Source of the DNA: Bacilli bacterium
GTDB taxonomy: Bacteria; Bacillota_I; Bacilli_A; RFN20; CAG-826
DNA length: 49,418 bases
Reading direction: 5' to 3'
Assembly (NCBI GenBank): GCA_049433705.1
Contig: JBMTFA010000002.1
Span: forward strand, 1-49,418
The notes under the pieces were generated by a model. The model had not been told where the DNA came from. It worked only from the letters and a program-made list of their open reading frames with translations, and made no database searches. Shown piece by piece: positions 1 through 9,669 of this stretch (position 1 is the stretch's first letter; the number at the start of each line of letters is the position of its first letter). Position numbers and translations under genes: made by a program.

Positions 1-62
1 CAAAGTAAGGTGGTACCACGCTGAGGCGTCCTTTCTAGGGCGTTTTTGTTTTTTTTAGGAGG
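1..62 (+). promoter_or_regulatory. 3' end of a T-box leader (conserved T-box sequence plus terminator) upstream of leuS; truncated by the window edge
   Basis: GGTGGTACCACG at 9-20 matches the conserved T-box motif seen in the three complete leaders in this window. It is followed by a GC-rich hairpin and a T-run at 43-56, then AGGAGG and the leuS ATG. Confidence 0.7.
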
Positions 63-69
63 CAAAACC

Positions 70-2475
70 ATGGGATACAATCACAAAATTATTGAACCAA
101 AATGGCAAGCGTTTTGGAATGAAAAGAAAGTTTTTTACACCGATGTGTATGATTTTAGTAAACCCAAATTTTATGTGTTAGATATGTTTCCTTATCCTTC
201 GGCCCAAGGCTTACATGTAGGCCATCCTGAAGGGTATACGGCGACCGATATTGTCGCGCGCATGAAACGGATGCAAGGGTTTAATGTGCTCCACCCGATG
301 GGTTGGGATGCCTTTGGTCTGCCCGCGGAACAATATGCGTTAAAAACGAATAATCACCCCCTTGGGTTTACGGAAAAAAACATTGCCAACATCAAAAAGC
401 AAATCAAAGCCTTAGGTTTTAGTTATGACTGGAGTAAAGAGCTTGCCACCACTGATGCGGATTATTACCGTTGGACCCAATGGATTTTTATTAAATTATT
501 AGAAAATGGTTTAGCCTATATCGATGAAAAACCGGTGAATTTTTGCCCCGCGCTTGGCACCGTGCTCGCCAATGAAGAAGTGGTCGATGGTAAATCCGAA
601 GTGGGTGGGTTTCCTGTCGAACGACGGATGATGCGTCAATGGGTATTAAAAATTACTGCTTATGCGGAAAAATTATTAAAAGGCTTAGACCAATTAGATT
701 GGCCAACCTCCACGCGCGACATGCAAAAAAATTGGATTGGCAAATCGACTGGAACTGAAATCATTTTTCATGTCAAAGGCAGTCAAGAAAAGTTCACCGT
801 TTATACCACTCGTGCGGATACCTTGTTTGGTGCCACGTATGTTGTCTTAGCACCTGAACATCCCTTACTAAAAAAGATAACGACCCCAACACAACAAGCA
901 GCGGTTGAAGCATATGTGCAGGCGGCTGCAAGTAAATCAGACCTAGACCGCACTGAATTAAACAAGGAAAAAACGGGTGTGTTCACTGGTGCTTTTGCAA
1001 TCAATCCCATCAATGGTGAAGCTTTACCCATTTGGACCGCGGATTACGTCCTGTATGGATATGGGACCGGCGCGGTGATGGCAGTTCCTGCGCATGATCA
1101 ACGCGATTATGAATTTGCCAAACACTATGCGTTACCGATTCGTCAAGTGATCAAAGGTGACATCAAGGATGCCGCGATGGTCGAAGATGGGGAGCACATT
1201 GCTTCTGATTTTATCAACGGATTAACCATTGAACCTGCTAAAAAAGCGGTCACTGATTTCTTGATTCAAAAGCAACAAGGCCAATATAAAACCAACTATA
1301 AACTTCGCGATTGGTTATTTTCTCGGCAACGTTACTGGGGTGAACCGATTCCTGTCTTAATTAGTAAAGAAGATGGTACCGTTAAACCACTGAAGATCAA
1401 TGAACTTCCCTTATTACTGCCCGACCTAAAGGAATTTAAACCATCCGGGACTGGCGAGTCTCCGCTTGCGAATGCCGGTGCCTGGTTAGATGTGGTCATG
1501 GATGGTAAAGCCTATGTCAGAGAAACCAACACCATGCCGCAATGGGCGGGAAGTTGCTGGTATTACATTCGCTATTTAGATCCAAAAAATCCAAACGCCA
1601 TTGCCGATGAAAAACTTTTAAAGCATTGGTTACCCGTTGATCTTTATGTCGGTGGGGCTGAACATGCCGTTTTACATTTACTTTATGCCCGTTTTTATCA
1701 CAAATTTCTTTATGATCTTGGCGTTGTCCATACCGAAGAACCTTTTAAAAAACTCTTTCATCAAGGGATGATTCTTGGTGAAAATGGGGAAAAAATGTCA
1801 AAGTCTCGCGGTAATGTGGTCAACCCAGATGAGATCATTGAACAATATGGGGCTGATACGTTGAGAATGTATGAAATGTTTATGGGACCCCTTGAAGCTT
1901 CTTTACCTTGGTCTAACCAAGGCTTAGAAGGATCCCGGCGCTTTTTAGACCGCGTTTATCGCTTATTCACTGAACAAGAATATCGGCAAAAATGGGTGAA
2001 AACAAGCGATGGTCAATTAGATTTTTCTTACCATACCTTGGTGAAAAAAGTGACTAACGATTTTGAACAACTTCAACTGAATACCGCCATTTCCCAGATG
2101 ATGATTTTTATCAATGATGTGTATAAAGCGACGACCATCCCTGTTCCTTTCTTAAAAGGGTTTGTGCAAATGCTCAATTGTGTCGCCCCACACCTTGGCG
2201 AAGAACTATGGCAAATATTAGGGGAAACCCAATGGCTGTCTTATGCCCCTTGGCCAACGTTTGATCCAAGCAAACTTATCAAAGATACGTTTGAATTACC
2301 GATTGCCGTGAATGGTAAATTACGTGCGACCTTAACTTTCCCTACCGGTATCGGTGATGCGGAAATTGAAGTAATGGCAAAACAAGATGCCAATGTCAGT
2401 AAATTCTTGCAAGGGTTGACCATTAAGAAAGTCATTTATGTCAAAGGCAAAATGATGAACTTTGTAGTAGGATAA
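70..2475 (+). CDS. leuS: leucyl-tRNA synthetase
   Basis: 801 aa from the ATG at 70, with AGGAGG 8 nt upstream. Class I motifs HVGHPEGY (HIGH) and KMSKS are present, and architecture is full-length LeuS. The ORF-track start at 46 lies inside the T-box terminator and is rejected. Confidence 0.97.
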   Translation: MGYNHKIIEPKWQAFWNEKKVFYTDVYDFSKPKFYVLDMFPYPSAQGLHVGHPEGYTATDIVARMKRMQGFNVLHPMGWDAFGLPAEQYALKTNNHPLGFTEKNIANIKKQIKALGFSYDWSKELATTDADYYRWTQWIFIKLLENGLAYIDEKPVNFCPALGTVLANEEVVDGKSEVGGFPVERRMMRQWVLKITAYAEKLLKGLDQLDWPTSTRDMQKNWIGKSTGTEIIFHVKGSQEKFTVYTTRADTLFGATYVVLAPEHPLLKKITTPTQQAAVEAYVQAAASKSDLDRTELNKEKTGVFTGAFAINPINGEALPIWTADYVLYGYGTGAVMAVPAHDQRDYEFAKHYALPIRQVIKGDIKDAAMVEDGEHIASDFINGLTIEPAKKAVTDFLIQKQQGQYKTNYKLRDWLFSRQRYWGEPIPVLISKEDGTVKPLKINELPLLLPDLKEFKPSGTGESPLANAGAWLDVVMDGKAYVRETNTMPQWAGSCWYYIRYLDPKNPNAIADEKLLKHWLPVDLYVGGAEHAVLHLLYARFYHKFLYDLGVVHTEEPFKKLFHQGMILGENGEKMSKSRGNVVNPDEIIEQYGADTLRMYEMFMGPLEASLPWSNQGLEGSRRFLDRVYRLFTEQEYRQKWVKTSDGQLDFSYHTLVKKVTNDFEQLQLNTAISQMMIFINDVYKATTIPVPFLKGFVQMLNCVAPHLGEELWQILGETQWLSYAPWPTFDPSKLIKDTFELPIAVNGKLRATLTFPTGIGDAEIEVMAKQDANVSKFLQGLTIKKVIYVKGKMMNFVVG

Positions 2476-2479
2476 GAGT

Positions 2480-3220
2480 ATGTTCCTTGCCCTTGATTTA
2501 GGTAATACTTCCATTAAAGCTGGTGTTTTCGATCAAGGAAACTTGGTCTTTCATTCTCATCTTGATCATCCTCCTGTTGCCACGATTAAAACTTATCAAG
2601 CTTGGTTAAAACCGATGTTTGAAACATATCAGATCAGTGAGATAGGGCTTGCTTCGGTTAAACCAGCCTTGCGCCACTTAATTGTCAAAGCGCTCGCTCA
2701 GTTAACCACGTATCAACCACGGTTCATCACCAGAAAAGATTATCCCAAATTTACGATTCGCATTAACCAACCGGATGAATTGGGCATTGATCTCATCGTC
2801 GATGGGGTTGCTGCCCAAGCGTTGTATCAATCCGAGGCAATCATCATTGATCTTGGCACGGCAACCAAAGTGATGGCGATTCATGATCGCGGGTTTGAAG
2901 GCGTTGCCATTGCGCCCGGCATTCTCACCTCATTTAAGGCGCTCAATCAAAATGCCGCCTTAATTCAAACGATGAACATTACCAAACCCAAAGAAGTCTT
3001 TGGCAAGAATACCGAACAAGCGCTCGCAAGTGGCATTATTCTTGGTCAAGTCCATATGATTGAAGGTTTGATTAAGCAAGGCATGAATGCTTTTCATAGA
3101 CAAAACCCAACCATCGTCTTAACAGGTGGGTATGCCCCTTTATTGTTACCTTACTTTTCTCTCAAGTTAGTGCATGAACCTAACTTATCATTGAAAGGGA
3201 TTCAACTATGTCAACGATGA
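2480..3220 (+). CDS. coaX: type III pantothenate kinase
   Basis: N-terminus MFLALDLGNTSIKAGVF and about 246 aa of ASKHA fold are typical of CoaX. It starts 4 nt after leuS. Confidence 0.9.
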   Translation: MFLALDLGNTSIKAGVFDQGNLVFHSHLDHPPVATIKTYQAWLKPMFETYQISEIGLASVKPALRHLIVKALAQLTTYQPRFITRKDYPKFTIRINQPDELGIDLIVDGVAAQALYQSEAIIIDLGTATKVMAIHDRGFEGVAIAPGILTSFKALNQNAALIQTMNITKPKEVFGKNTEQALASGIILGQVHMIEGLIKQGMNAFHRQNPTIVLTGGYAPLLLPYFSLKLVHEPNLSLKGIQLCQR

Positions 3221-3822
3221 CCACTCGCCAACGCATTCAATTGCTCACTTTACATAGCATGATTATTGCCTTGATTGCCCTCATGGGCTTTATTCCCTTT
3301 TTAGGGTTTATTCCCTTAGGTGCGGGTGTTTCTATCACCATCATGCATCTTCCCGTGCTGTTAGGTGCGGTGTTATTAAATCCAAAATCGGCAACCTTGT
3401 TTGGTTTTACCTTTGGCTTAGTTTCCTTGCTTGTGGTGTTAACGAATCCCACGCCACAACCGACGGATTTGTTTTTTATTAATCCCCTCATTTCCGTTTT
3501 ACCACGAATCTTGTTTGGCTTGATTGCCGGAGTGGTCTTTCTCTTTGCTAAAAAAGTGAAAGGTCCATTTCAATTAGTCACGTTAAGTGTTGCTGCATTA
3601 ATTGGCACGATATTACATACAGTATTGGTGTTAACGATGCTTTGGCTCTTTGAAGGGGCAGCGTTTGTTGAAACCTTTGGCAATATTATTAATTTTATTG
3701 GCTTTATTCTGGGGTTAAATGGGTTGATTGAAGCAGTGCTTGCTGCCATCATCATTCCCACATTATATGTGGCGCTTCACCAAGTTCCGTTAATTCGGAA
3801 CTTGCAAGAAACTAAACTTTAG
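3208..3822 (+). CDS. ECF-transporter substrate-specific (S) component, possibly the pantothenate-specific PanT
   Basis: 204-aa polytopic membrane protein with about 6 hydrophobic segments. The motif region SITIMHLPVLLGAVLLNP resembles ECF S components. It overlaps the coaX stop by 13 nt. The substrate assignment rests only on genome context. Confidence 0.6.
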   Translation: MSTMTTRQRIQLLTLHSMIIALIALMGFIPFLGFIPLGAGVSITIMHLPVLLGAVLLNPKSATLFGFTFGLVSLLVVLTNPTPQPTDLFFINPLISVLPRILFGLIAGVVFLFAKKVKGPFQLVTLSVAALIGTILHTVLVLTMLWLFEGAAFVETFGNIINFIGFILGLNGLIEAVLAAIIIPTLYVALHQVPLIRNLQETKL

Positions 3823-3834
3823 GGGGATGCAAAC

Positions 3835-5208
3835 ATGGCATCACAATTTGCGGCTTTTTGTAACGCGTATCATCAGGAGGCGACTGCCCAGTTAGCTCGC
3901 TGGATTCAAATTCCTTCCGTTCATGATGACAAAACCATTCGCCCAGGAAAACCTTATGGTGAAACGGTTTATCAAGCTTTACAATTTATTGGTAAACTAG
4001 CAGAAAAAGATGGTTTCCAAGTTGATTACTGTGATGGTCATGTCACAGAAATTACCTTTGGAACAGGACCTTTGATCGCCGTTTATGCCCATGCAGATGT
4101 CGTCCCTGTTGCCGAAGGTTGGCAGCATACACCATTTGGTGGTGTGATTGAAAATGGCAGGATGTATGGTCGCGGCACCAGTGATGATAAAGGGCCTGCG
4201 CTTGCCTCATACTATGCATTAAAAATGTTAAAAGAAAAACAACTCATCAAAGGTTTCCAAGTCAAATTGGTCATCGGCGGCAATGAAGAAAAAGGGAGTG
4301 GTTGTTTAAAGTATTATTTCCATCAATTAAAGAAACCTTATGCAGTAGCCGGGTTTACCCCAGATGGTAATTTCCCATTGATCTACGGAGAAAAAGGGAT
4401 TAGCAATTTTGAAATCAGTGGTCATGTCCACCTACGTGGGATTCATATGATCAATGCAGGGATTGTCGCGAACTCCGTGATCGACAAGGCCGTTGCAGAA
4501 GTCGATCCTCTCTTTTCCTTAGAACGCGGCCTGCAAAGTTTTGGTTTCCCATATACCTATGAAGTAATTGGAAACAAAGCGCGCATTACCTTCCTTGGTA
4601 AAGCTGCCCACGGTTCCTTGCCACAACTTGGAAAAAACGCTGGCACCGCTTTATTATCTTTTTTAGCAAAAGTTTATCCACAAGAACCTTTAAATACCCT
4701 TGCCCAACAATATCAAGATTACACGGGTAAAAATTTAGGGATTGATGCGACAGGTCCCTTACTGAAGGACACCACGAATAACATTGGATTAATTCGTTAT
4801 GATGGTCATCATTTTTCCTTAATTGCCAATTTCCGTTATCCAGAAACCGTGGACTATGCCAAAGTGGAAAACAGATTAAAAGCCATCACCCCCGCCCCAT
4901 TAACCTTTGCAACATTAGGCACCTCACCTATGCTGGTCTTTGATCCAAAAGCACGGATGATTCAAACGTTGCTTCACGCGTATCAAGATGAAACCGGAGA
5001 TAAAGTGACCCCCATGATTACCATTGGTGGTGGCACCTATGCCAAAGAAGCAAAAAATACGGTGGCCTTTGGAAGTAAATTCCCTACGAAAGAAGACTTC
5101 ATCCATGAAAATGATGAAAAAATTGATTTAGAGGATTTTACCCAATCGATCGCCATCTACGCCCGGGCAATCTTTGATTTAGGCAACCTGCATGCGACTA
5201 AAAAGTAA
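3835..5208 (+). CDS. pepV: M20-family dipeptidase (PepV/Sapep type)
   Basis: 457 aa with metal and catalytic motifs YAHADVVP and GRGTSDDKGP. Length and C-terminal region are typical of PepV. Confidence 0.85.
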   Translation: MASQFAAFCNAYHQEATAQLARWIQIPSVHDDKTIRPGKPYGETVYQALQFIGKLAEKDGFQVDYCDGHVTEITFGTGPLIAVYAHADVVPVAEGWQHTPFGGVIENGRMYGRGTSDDKGPALASYYALKMLKEKQLIKGFQVKLVIGGNEEKGSGCLKYYFHQLKKPYAVAGFTPDGNFPLIYGEKGISNFEISGHVHLRGIHMINAGIVANSVIDKAVAEVDPLFSLERGLQSFGFPYTYEVIGNKARITFLGKAAHGSLPQLGKNAGTALLSFLAKVYPQEPLNTLAQQYQDYTGKNLGIDATGPLLKDTTNNIGLIRYDGHHFSLIANFRYPETVDYAKVENRLKAITPAPLTFATLGTSPMLVFDPKARMIQTLLHAYQDETGDKVTPMITIGGGTYAKEAKNTVAFGSKFPTKEDFIHENDEKIDLEDFTQSIAIYARAIFDLGNLHATKK

Positions 5209-5812
5209 GCCTTGGGCAAAACCGCTCATCGCTGAACATCCTGAATACGTCCAGCCCGATACTGCTGAGATTACAACCCAAGCTGACTTCAAACGCTACG
5301 CGTTAGAAATCGGAACGGGTAAAGGTGACTTTATTTTTGGCAAAAGCCAAGGAGACACTTCGACGTTTTTTTATGGGATTGAACGTGTCACCACAGTCCT
5401 CGCTTTCGCTTTGAAAAAAATCCTGCCGTTAAATGCTCATAATGTCAAACTCATCCTTGGGGATTTTGCCAAAGCATCTTTTCAAATGCAAGATGGTTTC
5501 TTTTCAGAAATTTATCTTAATTTTTCCGATCCATGGCCAAAGTTACGCCATCACAAACGCCGCTTAACCGCGCCAGGTAATTTAGAAAAAATCAATCGAA
5601 TCCTTGCTTCTAAAGGCATGATTTATTTGAAAACGGATAACCTAGAATTATTCCAATATTCCTTAGAGAATCTCAAACGAATGCCTTATAATATGATACG
5701 ACTAGACGCCCCTTATGTTGAAGTCGAACCTAAGGATGTCACCACAGAATATGAAGCCTTTTTTCGCAATCAAGGGCAACCTATTTATAGGTTTATTGCT
5801 CAAAAGGAGTAA
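5192..5812 (+). CDS. trmB: tRNA (guanine-N7)-methyltransferase
   Basis: N-terminus MRLKSKPWAKP, SAM-binding EIGTGKGDF and the FSDPWPK motif. About 206 aa. Overlaps the pepV end by 17 nt. Confidence 0.9.
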   Translation: MRLKSKPWAKPLIAEHPEYVQPDTAEITTQADFKRYALEIGTGKGDFIFGKSQGDTSTFFYGIERVTTVLAFALKKILPLNAHNVKLILGDFAKASFQMQDGFFSEIYLNFSDPWPKLRHHKRRLTAPGNLEKINRILASKGMIYLKTDNLELFQYSLENLKRMPYNMIRLDAPYVEVEPKDVTTEYEAFFRNQGQPIYRFIAQKE

Positions 5813-5814
5813 CC

Positions 5815-6903
5815 ATGTTAACCCCTTACGAATTTAAATTATTTAAAATCTTGTCCGAACTCAATGGGATTTCTGGTCAAGAAAATCAACTTGCATCTTA
5901 TTTATTGAAGGCCTACCAAGAGTTAGGTTTTGAAACCATCACCGATCATTTAGGTAGTGTGTTTGCCGTGAAAAAAAGCGGTCTTTCCAACGCAAAAAAA
6001 GTTTTAATTTTAGGCCATATGGATGAAATTGGTTTTATGGTCAGTCATCTTGAAAAAAATGGCATGGTAAAAATCGTTCCGATTGGTGGGATTAATAACT
6101 TGACCTTAACTGTGCAAAGGATGCATCTTACCACTCGTTCAGGCAAGGTTTATTTAGGCGCAGTAGATACGACGCCTCCCCATTTACTTAAAGGGGTTAA
6201 TCAAGGTGTGCCTTCGGTAGAAAGTGTTTATGTTGATTTTGGTTTTACCAGTAAAGAGACTGCTGAAAAAGCAGGGATTCTCCTGGGTGATATGGTCACC
6301 TATGCTTCTCCCTTTACCCCGTTAGCAGATGGCCAAAGAATTCTTGGAAAAGCGTTTGATAATCGCTATAGCTTGGTGATGGGTTTATCCATGCTTCGCG
6401 CGCTAAAAAATAAAACCTTACCATATGATTTATATGTAGGAGCCTCCGTTCAAGAAGAAGTAGGTTTGAGAGGTGCCACTACCAGTACAACGATGATTCA
6501 ACCTGATTTTGCAATCGTCTTAGATTGCTCTCCTGCTAGAGATTCCAGTGGCGATACGAGTGAACAAGGACAATTGGGTGGCGGGTTACTCTTACGTTAC
6601 ATTGATGCATCGATGGTTGCCCGTCCAGCGTTAATATCCTGGCAAGAAGCGATGGCAAAACAAGCCAACGTTCCTTATCAATATTATTCCTCTCCAGGTG
6701 GTACCGATGCGGGTGCCGTTCATAAAAGTCTTGAAGGGATCATGACCCTCACCCACTGTATCGTCGCCCGTAGTATTCATTCTCCAAGCACAATTTTAGA
6801 TACGCGTGATTTCTTTGCGAGTAAAAAAACACTATTGAGGATGCTCAGAAAATTAAATCCTAATCTATTAGCGAAATTAGCAAAGGCAGATCATCATGGT
6901 TAA
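5815..6903 (+). CDS. M42-family aminopeptidase (glutamyl aminopeptidase / YsdC-like), paralog 1
   Basis: 362 aa with HMDEIGFMV, FDNRYS and the EEVGLRGA motif. AAGGAG lies upstream of the ATG. Confidence 0.85.
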   Translation: MLTPYEFKLFKILSELNGISGQENQLASYLLKAYQELGFETITDHLGSVFAVKKSGLSNAKKVLILGHMDEIGFMVSHLEKNGMVKIVPIGGINNLTLTVQRMHLTTRSGKVYLGAVDTTPPHLLKGVNQGVPSVESVYVDFGFTSKETAEKAGILLGDMVTYASPFTPLADGQRILGKAFDNRYSLVMGLSMLRALKNKTLPYDLYVGASVQEEVGLRGATTSTTMIQPDFAIVLDCSPARDSSGDTSEQGQLGGGLLLRYIDASMVARPALISWQEAMAKQANVPYQYYSSPGGTDAGAVHKSLEGIMTLTHCIVARSIHSPSTILDTRDFFASKKTLLRMLRKLNPNLLAKLAKADHHG

Positions 6904-7495
6904 TTGGGTGTATCAACCAACCACATTAGGGGATTTATTGGCGCTTTATTTGCAGCCCAATCTCACCGCGAATCGCTCGATTCGTCATGGCGATTTGGTG
7001 ATGATTTATCATGATCAAACCTTGATTGGCATGAACCTTTATCAACCTAAAACTTATTTACCGGCCTTAACTTCTGGCATCCTTCGTCGGATTGAAGCAT
7101 CGTGGCTAGAGACCATCAATGCTTTATTAAAAAAAGCTGGGGTTAGTGAATCTTTAAACCCATTTCATTCCGGGTTTTCAATTGGTGAAATCACCCAAGT
7201 TGAAACCCATCCTGATGCAGACCAGCTCTTTGTTTGCCAAGTAAATCTTGGTCAAAAAACCATTCAAATAGTGACCAATTCAAAGAAGGTTAAACCACTT
7301 GATAAAGTCGTGGTAGCCATGCCTGGCACCTTATTCAATGATGGTACATTCATCCAAGAAGGGATGATGATGCAAGTCGCTTCACAAGGCATGTTTTGCT
7401 CTGAAAAAACCTTAGGTATCTCCCCGGAAACCCAAGTGGGTGTGTTCGTGCTTCCCCAAACTGCGATCATCGGAAAGGATTTTTATGCTCAATGA
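6896..7495 (+). CDS. ytpR: YtpR-like tRNA-binding domain protein
   Basis: 199 aa. The C-terminal half (EITQVETHPDADQLFVCQVNLG...) is a CsaA/EMAP-type tRNA-binding OB fold. The two-domain layout matches B. subtilis YtpR. Confidence 0.7.
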   Translation: MVNWVYQPTTLGDLLALYLQPNLTANRSIRHGDLVMIYHDQTLIGMNLYQPKTYLPALTSGILRRIEASWLETINALLKKAGVSESLNPFHSGFSIGEITQVETHPDADQLFVCQVNLGQKTIQIVTNSKKVKPLDKVVVAMPGTLFNDGTFIQEGMMMQVASQGMFCSEKTLGISPETQVGVFVLPQTAIIGKDFYAQ

Positions 7496-8582
7496 AATCC
7501 AATTAAAAAAAGAAGGAAAACTTTCACGATTAACGAATCGAACTTTCCAATTTCCGGAAAGTATTCGCCAATATTTTTACACGGCTAACTATTTTGTGAA
7601 AACCCAAAAAATTATTCAAGAATTCATGCCACGACAAACTGTGACCATGCAGTTTTTTCAATGGCAACCTGATTTAGTCGTTTGTGGATTAGATGAAGTC
7701 ATCGCGCTGATTCATACCTTTGCCCATCATCCAGAAAAATTAATCATTGAAGCGCTTCATGATGGCCAAGTCGTTGGTGCTAAAGAACCGGTGTTACGCA
7801 TCACCGGTGCTTATGAAGATTTTGGCTTCTTAGAATCCACGATAGATGGAATTTTATCCCGCCGGTCATCAGTGGCAACCAACACCCGAGATGTCTTAAA
7901 AGTTGCCAATAGTAAACCCGTATTCTCCATGGCGGATCGCCAAGATGATTATCATACCCAAAGTGGCGATGGTTATGCTTCCTACATCATGGGCATTGAT
8001 CGGGTCAGTACCGATGCCCAAGGGGCTTGGTGGGGTGGTAAAGGCATGGGAACCATGCCCCATGCCCTCATCCAAATGTGCCAAGGCGATCTTATCAAAG
8101 CCTGTGAATATTATGTCCAAATGTTTCCTAATGACCGATTAACCGCCTTAGTGGATTATCACAATGATGTGATCACAGACAGTCTTAAGGTTGCAAGAAA
8201 ATTTACCACGAAATTAAATGCCGTTCGTGTCGATACCTCCAGTAGTTTGATTGATGAACATTTTAAACGCCATCCTTTAAAAGAAGGGGATCCTCACGGG
8301 GTCAATCCATGGCTCATTATTGCCTTAAGGGAAACATTGAACGCTGAAGGATTTAACCATGTTAAGATTGTTGTTTCATCGGGTTTTAACCCTGATAAAA
8401 TCAAATGGTTTGAAGACTTAAAAGCCCCAGTGGATTTATATGGGGTTGGGCTCTACTTAGTCACATTAAGAACGAATTTTAGTGGTGATTTGGTCATGTT
8501 AAACGGTCAACCTCAAGCTAAAGTCGGTCGCGGATTAACCCCATCCAATCGCTTAGAAAAAGTACCCTTTACAAACCTTTAA
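7485..8582 (+). CDS. pncB: nicotinate phosphoribosyltransferase (short type-II PRTase family)
   Basis: 365 aa from MLNEIQL. The GTMPHALIQ motif and TIM-barrel PRTase layout are present. The ATG at 7485 overlaps the ytpR end, so the ORF-track start at 7440 is unlikely. Confidence 0.75.
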   Translation: MLNEIQLKKEGKLSRLTNRTFQFPESIRQYFYTANYFVKTQKIIQEFMPRQTVTMQFFQWQPDLVVCGLDEVIALIHTFAHHPEKLIIEALHDGQVVGAKEPVLRITGAYEDFGFLESTIDGILSRRSSVATNTRDVLKVANSKPVFSMADRQDDYHTQSGDGYASYIMGIDRVSTDAQGAWWGGKGMGTMPHALIQMCQGDLIKACEYYVQMFPNDRLTALVDYHNDVITDSLKVARKFTTKLNAVRVDTSSSLIDEHFKRHPLKEGDPHGVNPWLIIALRETLNAEGFNHVKIVVSSGFNPDKIKWFEDLKAPVDLYGVGLYLVTLRTNFSGDLVMLNGQPQAKVGRGLTPSNRLEKVPFTNL

Positions 8583-8610
8583 AATGTAAGGATTTTTCAA
8601 ATCAATTGCA

Positions 8611-8638
8611 TTGATAATGAAAAATTTTCATTTATAAT
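8611..8638 (+). promoter_or_regulatory. sigma-A-type promoter with a palindromic operator in the spacer, upstream of the LacI-family gene
   Basis: TTGATA (8611-8616), a 16-nt spacer, then TATAAT (8633-8638). The perfect 7-1-7 palindrome ATGAAAA-A-TTTTCAT occupies 8617-8631. Confidence 0.45.
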
Positions 8639-8668
8639 GTAAATAGTTTCATTTTGGAGGATTCATCA

Positions 8669-9667
8669 ATGAATAATATGAAAGATCGCGTGACGATTTA
8701 TGAGGTTGCGGTCGCTAGTGGCGTTTCGTTAGCAACCGTCTCGCGTGTCATCAATAACAATTCGAATGTGACAGAAAAAACCCGGAAAAAAGTTGAAGAT
8801 ACGATTACGCGATTAGGATACAAGCCTTCACGTTTAGCGCAAGCGTTAGCGACCAACAAGACGACGAATATTGGGATTGTCATTCCGAGCGCCAATTACG
8901 TTTATATTGCCAACATGCTCAACGGGATGACCGATGAAGCAAAATTACGTGGATTTCAACTCACCTTGTTTGTCACCAATAAATCCAAAGAAGACGCCTT
9001 ACAAGTCGTGGAGAAGGTGATCACCTCACACGTGGATGGTGCGATTATTTTTGATGATGAACTTGATCAAGATGACATCGCTAAACTTACCAGTTATAAG
9101 ATCCCACTTGTGGTGATAAATAACCAAGTCAAAGGTGATAAATTAGCGGCAATCAACTTTGATTATGAAAAGAAGATCAAAGAAGTGATCCAACAATACT
9201 TTAAAAAAGGGAACAAGAAGATGTATTTCTTACATCTCCATCATTCCGGGCGATTATTAGAAAGAATTGAAAAATCCTTTATTGATGCCCACATTAAGGC
9301 GGGAAAAAATTATGGGGTGTTCTCGATTGAAGATTCCTATCGCCAAACTTATGCCGATTTTATGGAAATCTTTAAATCAACCAAATCAGGATATTTTCTT
9401 GCCTATCGTGATTCATTAGCGGCGGCGGTGATCAATGCCGCGATTGATTCAGGCTTACGCGTGCCGCAAGATATCGAAGTCCTTTCGATTATTGGTACCA
9501 AATATGTATCCATTATTCGCCCACAATTATCCAGTTTGCACTTAGATTTAAAAGAAGTGGGTTCAAAAGCAGTGACCATGCTTTCTGGTTTACTCACAGA
9601 TGATCATAAAGAAAAGAATCTTGAATTCGAATCCACTTTCGTCAAACGGGCAAGCACGGTATTTTAA
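8669..9667 (+). CDS. LacI/GalR-family transcriptional regulator, CcpA-like
   Basis: N-terminal HTH TIYEVAVASGVSLATVSRVINN, followed by a periplasmic-binding-protein-like sugar domain and the C-terminal RPQLSS motif. GGAGGA lies 6 nt upstream of the ATG at 8669. Synteny (regulator ... tyrS ... rpsD ... ezrA) resembles the B. subtilis ccpA region. Confidence 0.85.
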   Translation: MNNMKDRVTIYEVAVASGVSLATVSRVINNNSNVTEKTRKKVEDTITRLGYKPSRLAQALATNKTTNIGIVIPSANYVYIANMLNGMTDEAKLRGFQLTLFVTNKSKEDALQVVEKVITSHVDGAIIFDDELDQDDIAKLTSYKIPLVVINNQVKGDKLAAINFDYEKKIKEVIQQYFKKGNKKMYFLHLHHSGRLLERIEKSFIDAHIKAGKNYGVFSIEDSYRQTYADFMEIFKSTKSGYFLAYRDSLAAAVINAAIDSGLRVPQDIEVLSIIGTKYVSIIRPQLSSLHLDLKEVGSKAVTMLSGLLTDDHKEKNLEFESTFVKRASTVF

Positions 9668-9669
9668 TT

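Noticed and set aside
46-69. Longer ORF-track starts for several genes: leuS 46, pncB 7440, LacI regulator 8654, pfkA 20243, glgB 32558, dUTPase-like 36884, mraZ 43626, and the small dcw ORF 44970.
   Set aside because: In each case an internal ATG has a properly spaced SD and reproduces the canonical N-terminus of the family. The extension runs into a terminator, an upstream gene or the SD itself.
8617-8631. Palindrome ATGAAAAATTTTCAT read as a canonical CcpA cre site.
   Set aside because: It has odd-numbered (7-1-7) symmetry and lacks the central CG of the cre consensus. It is kept only as a generic LacI-family operator candidate. I found no further copies while reading the other intergenic regions of this window.
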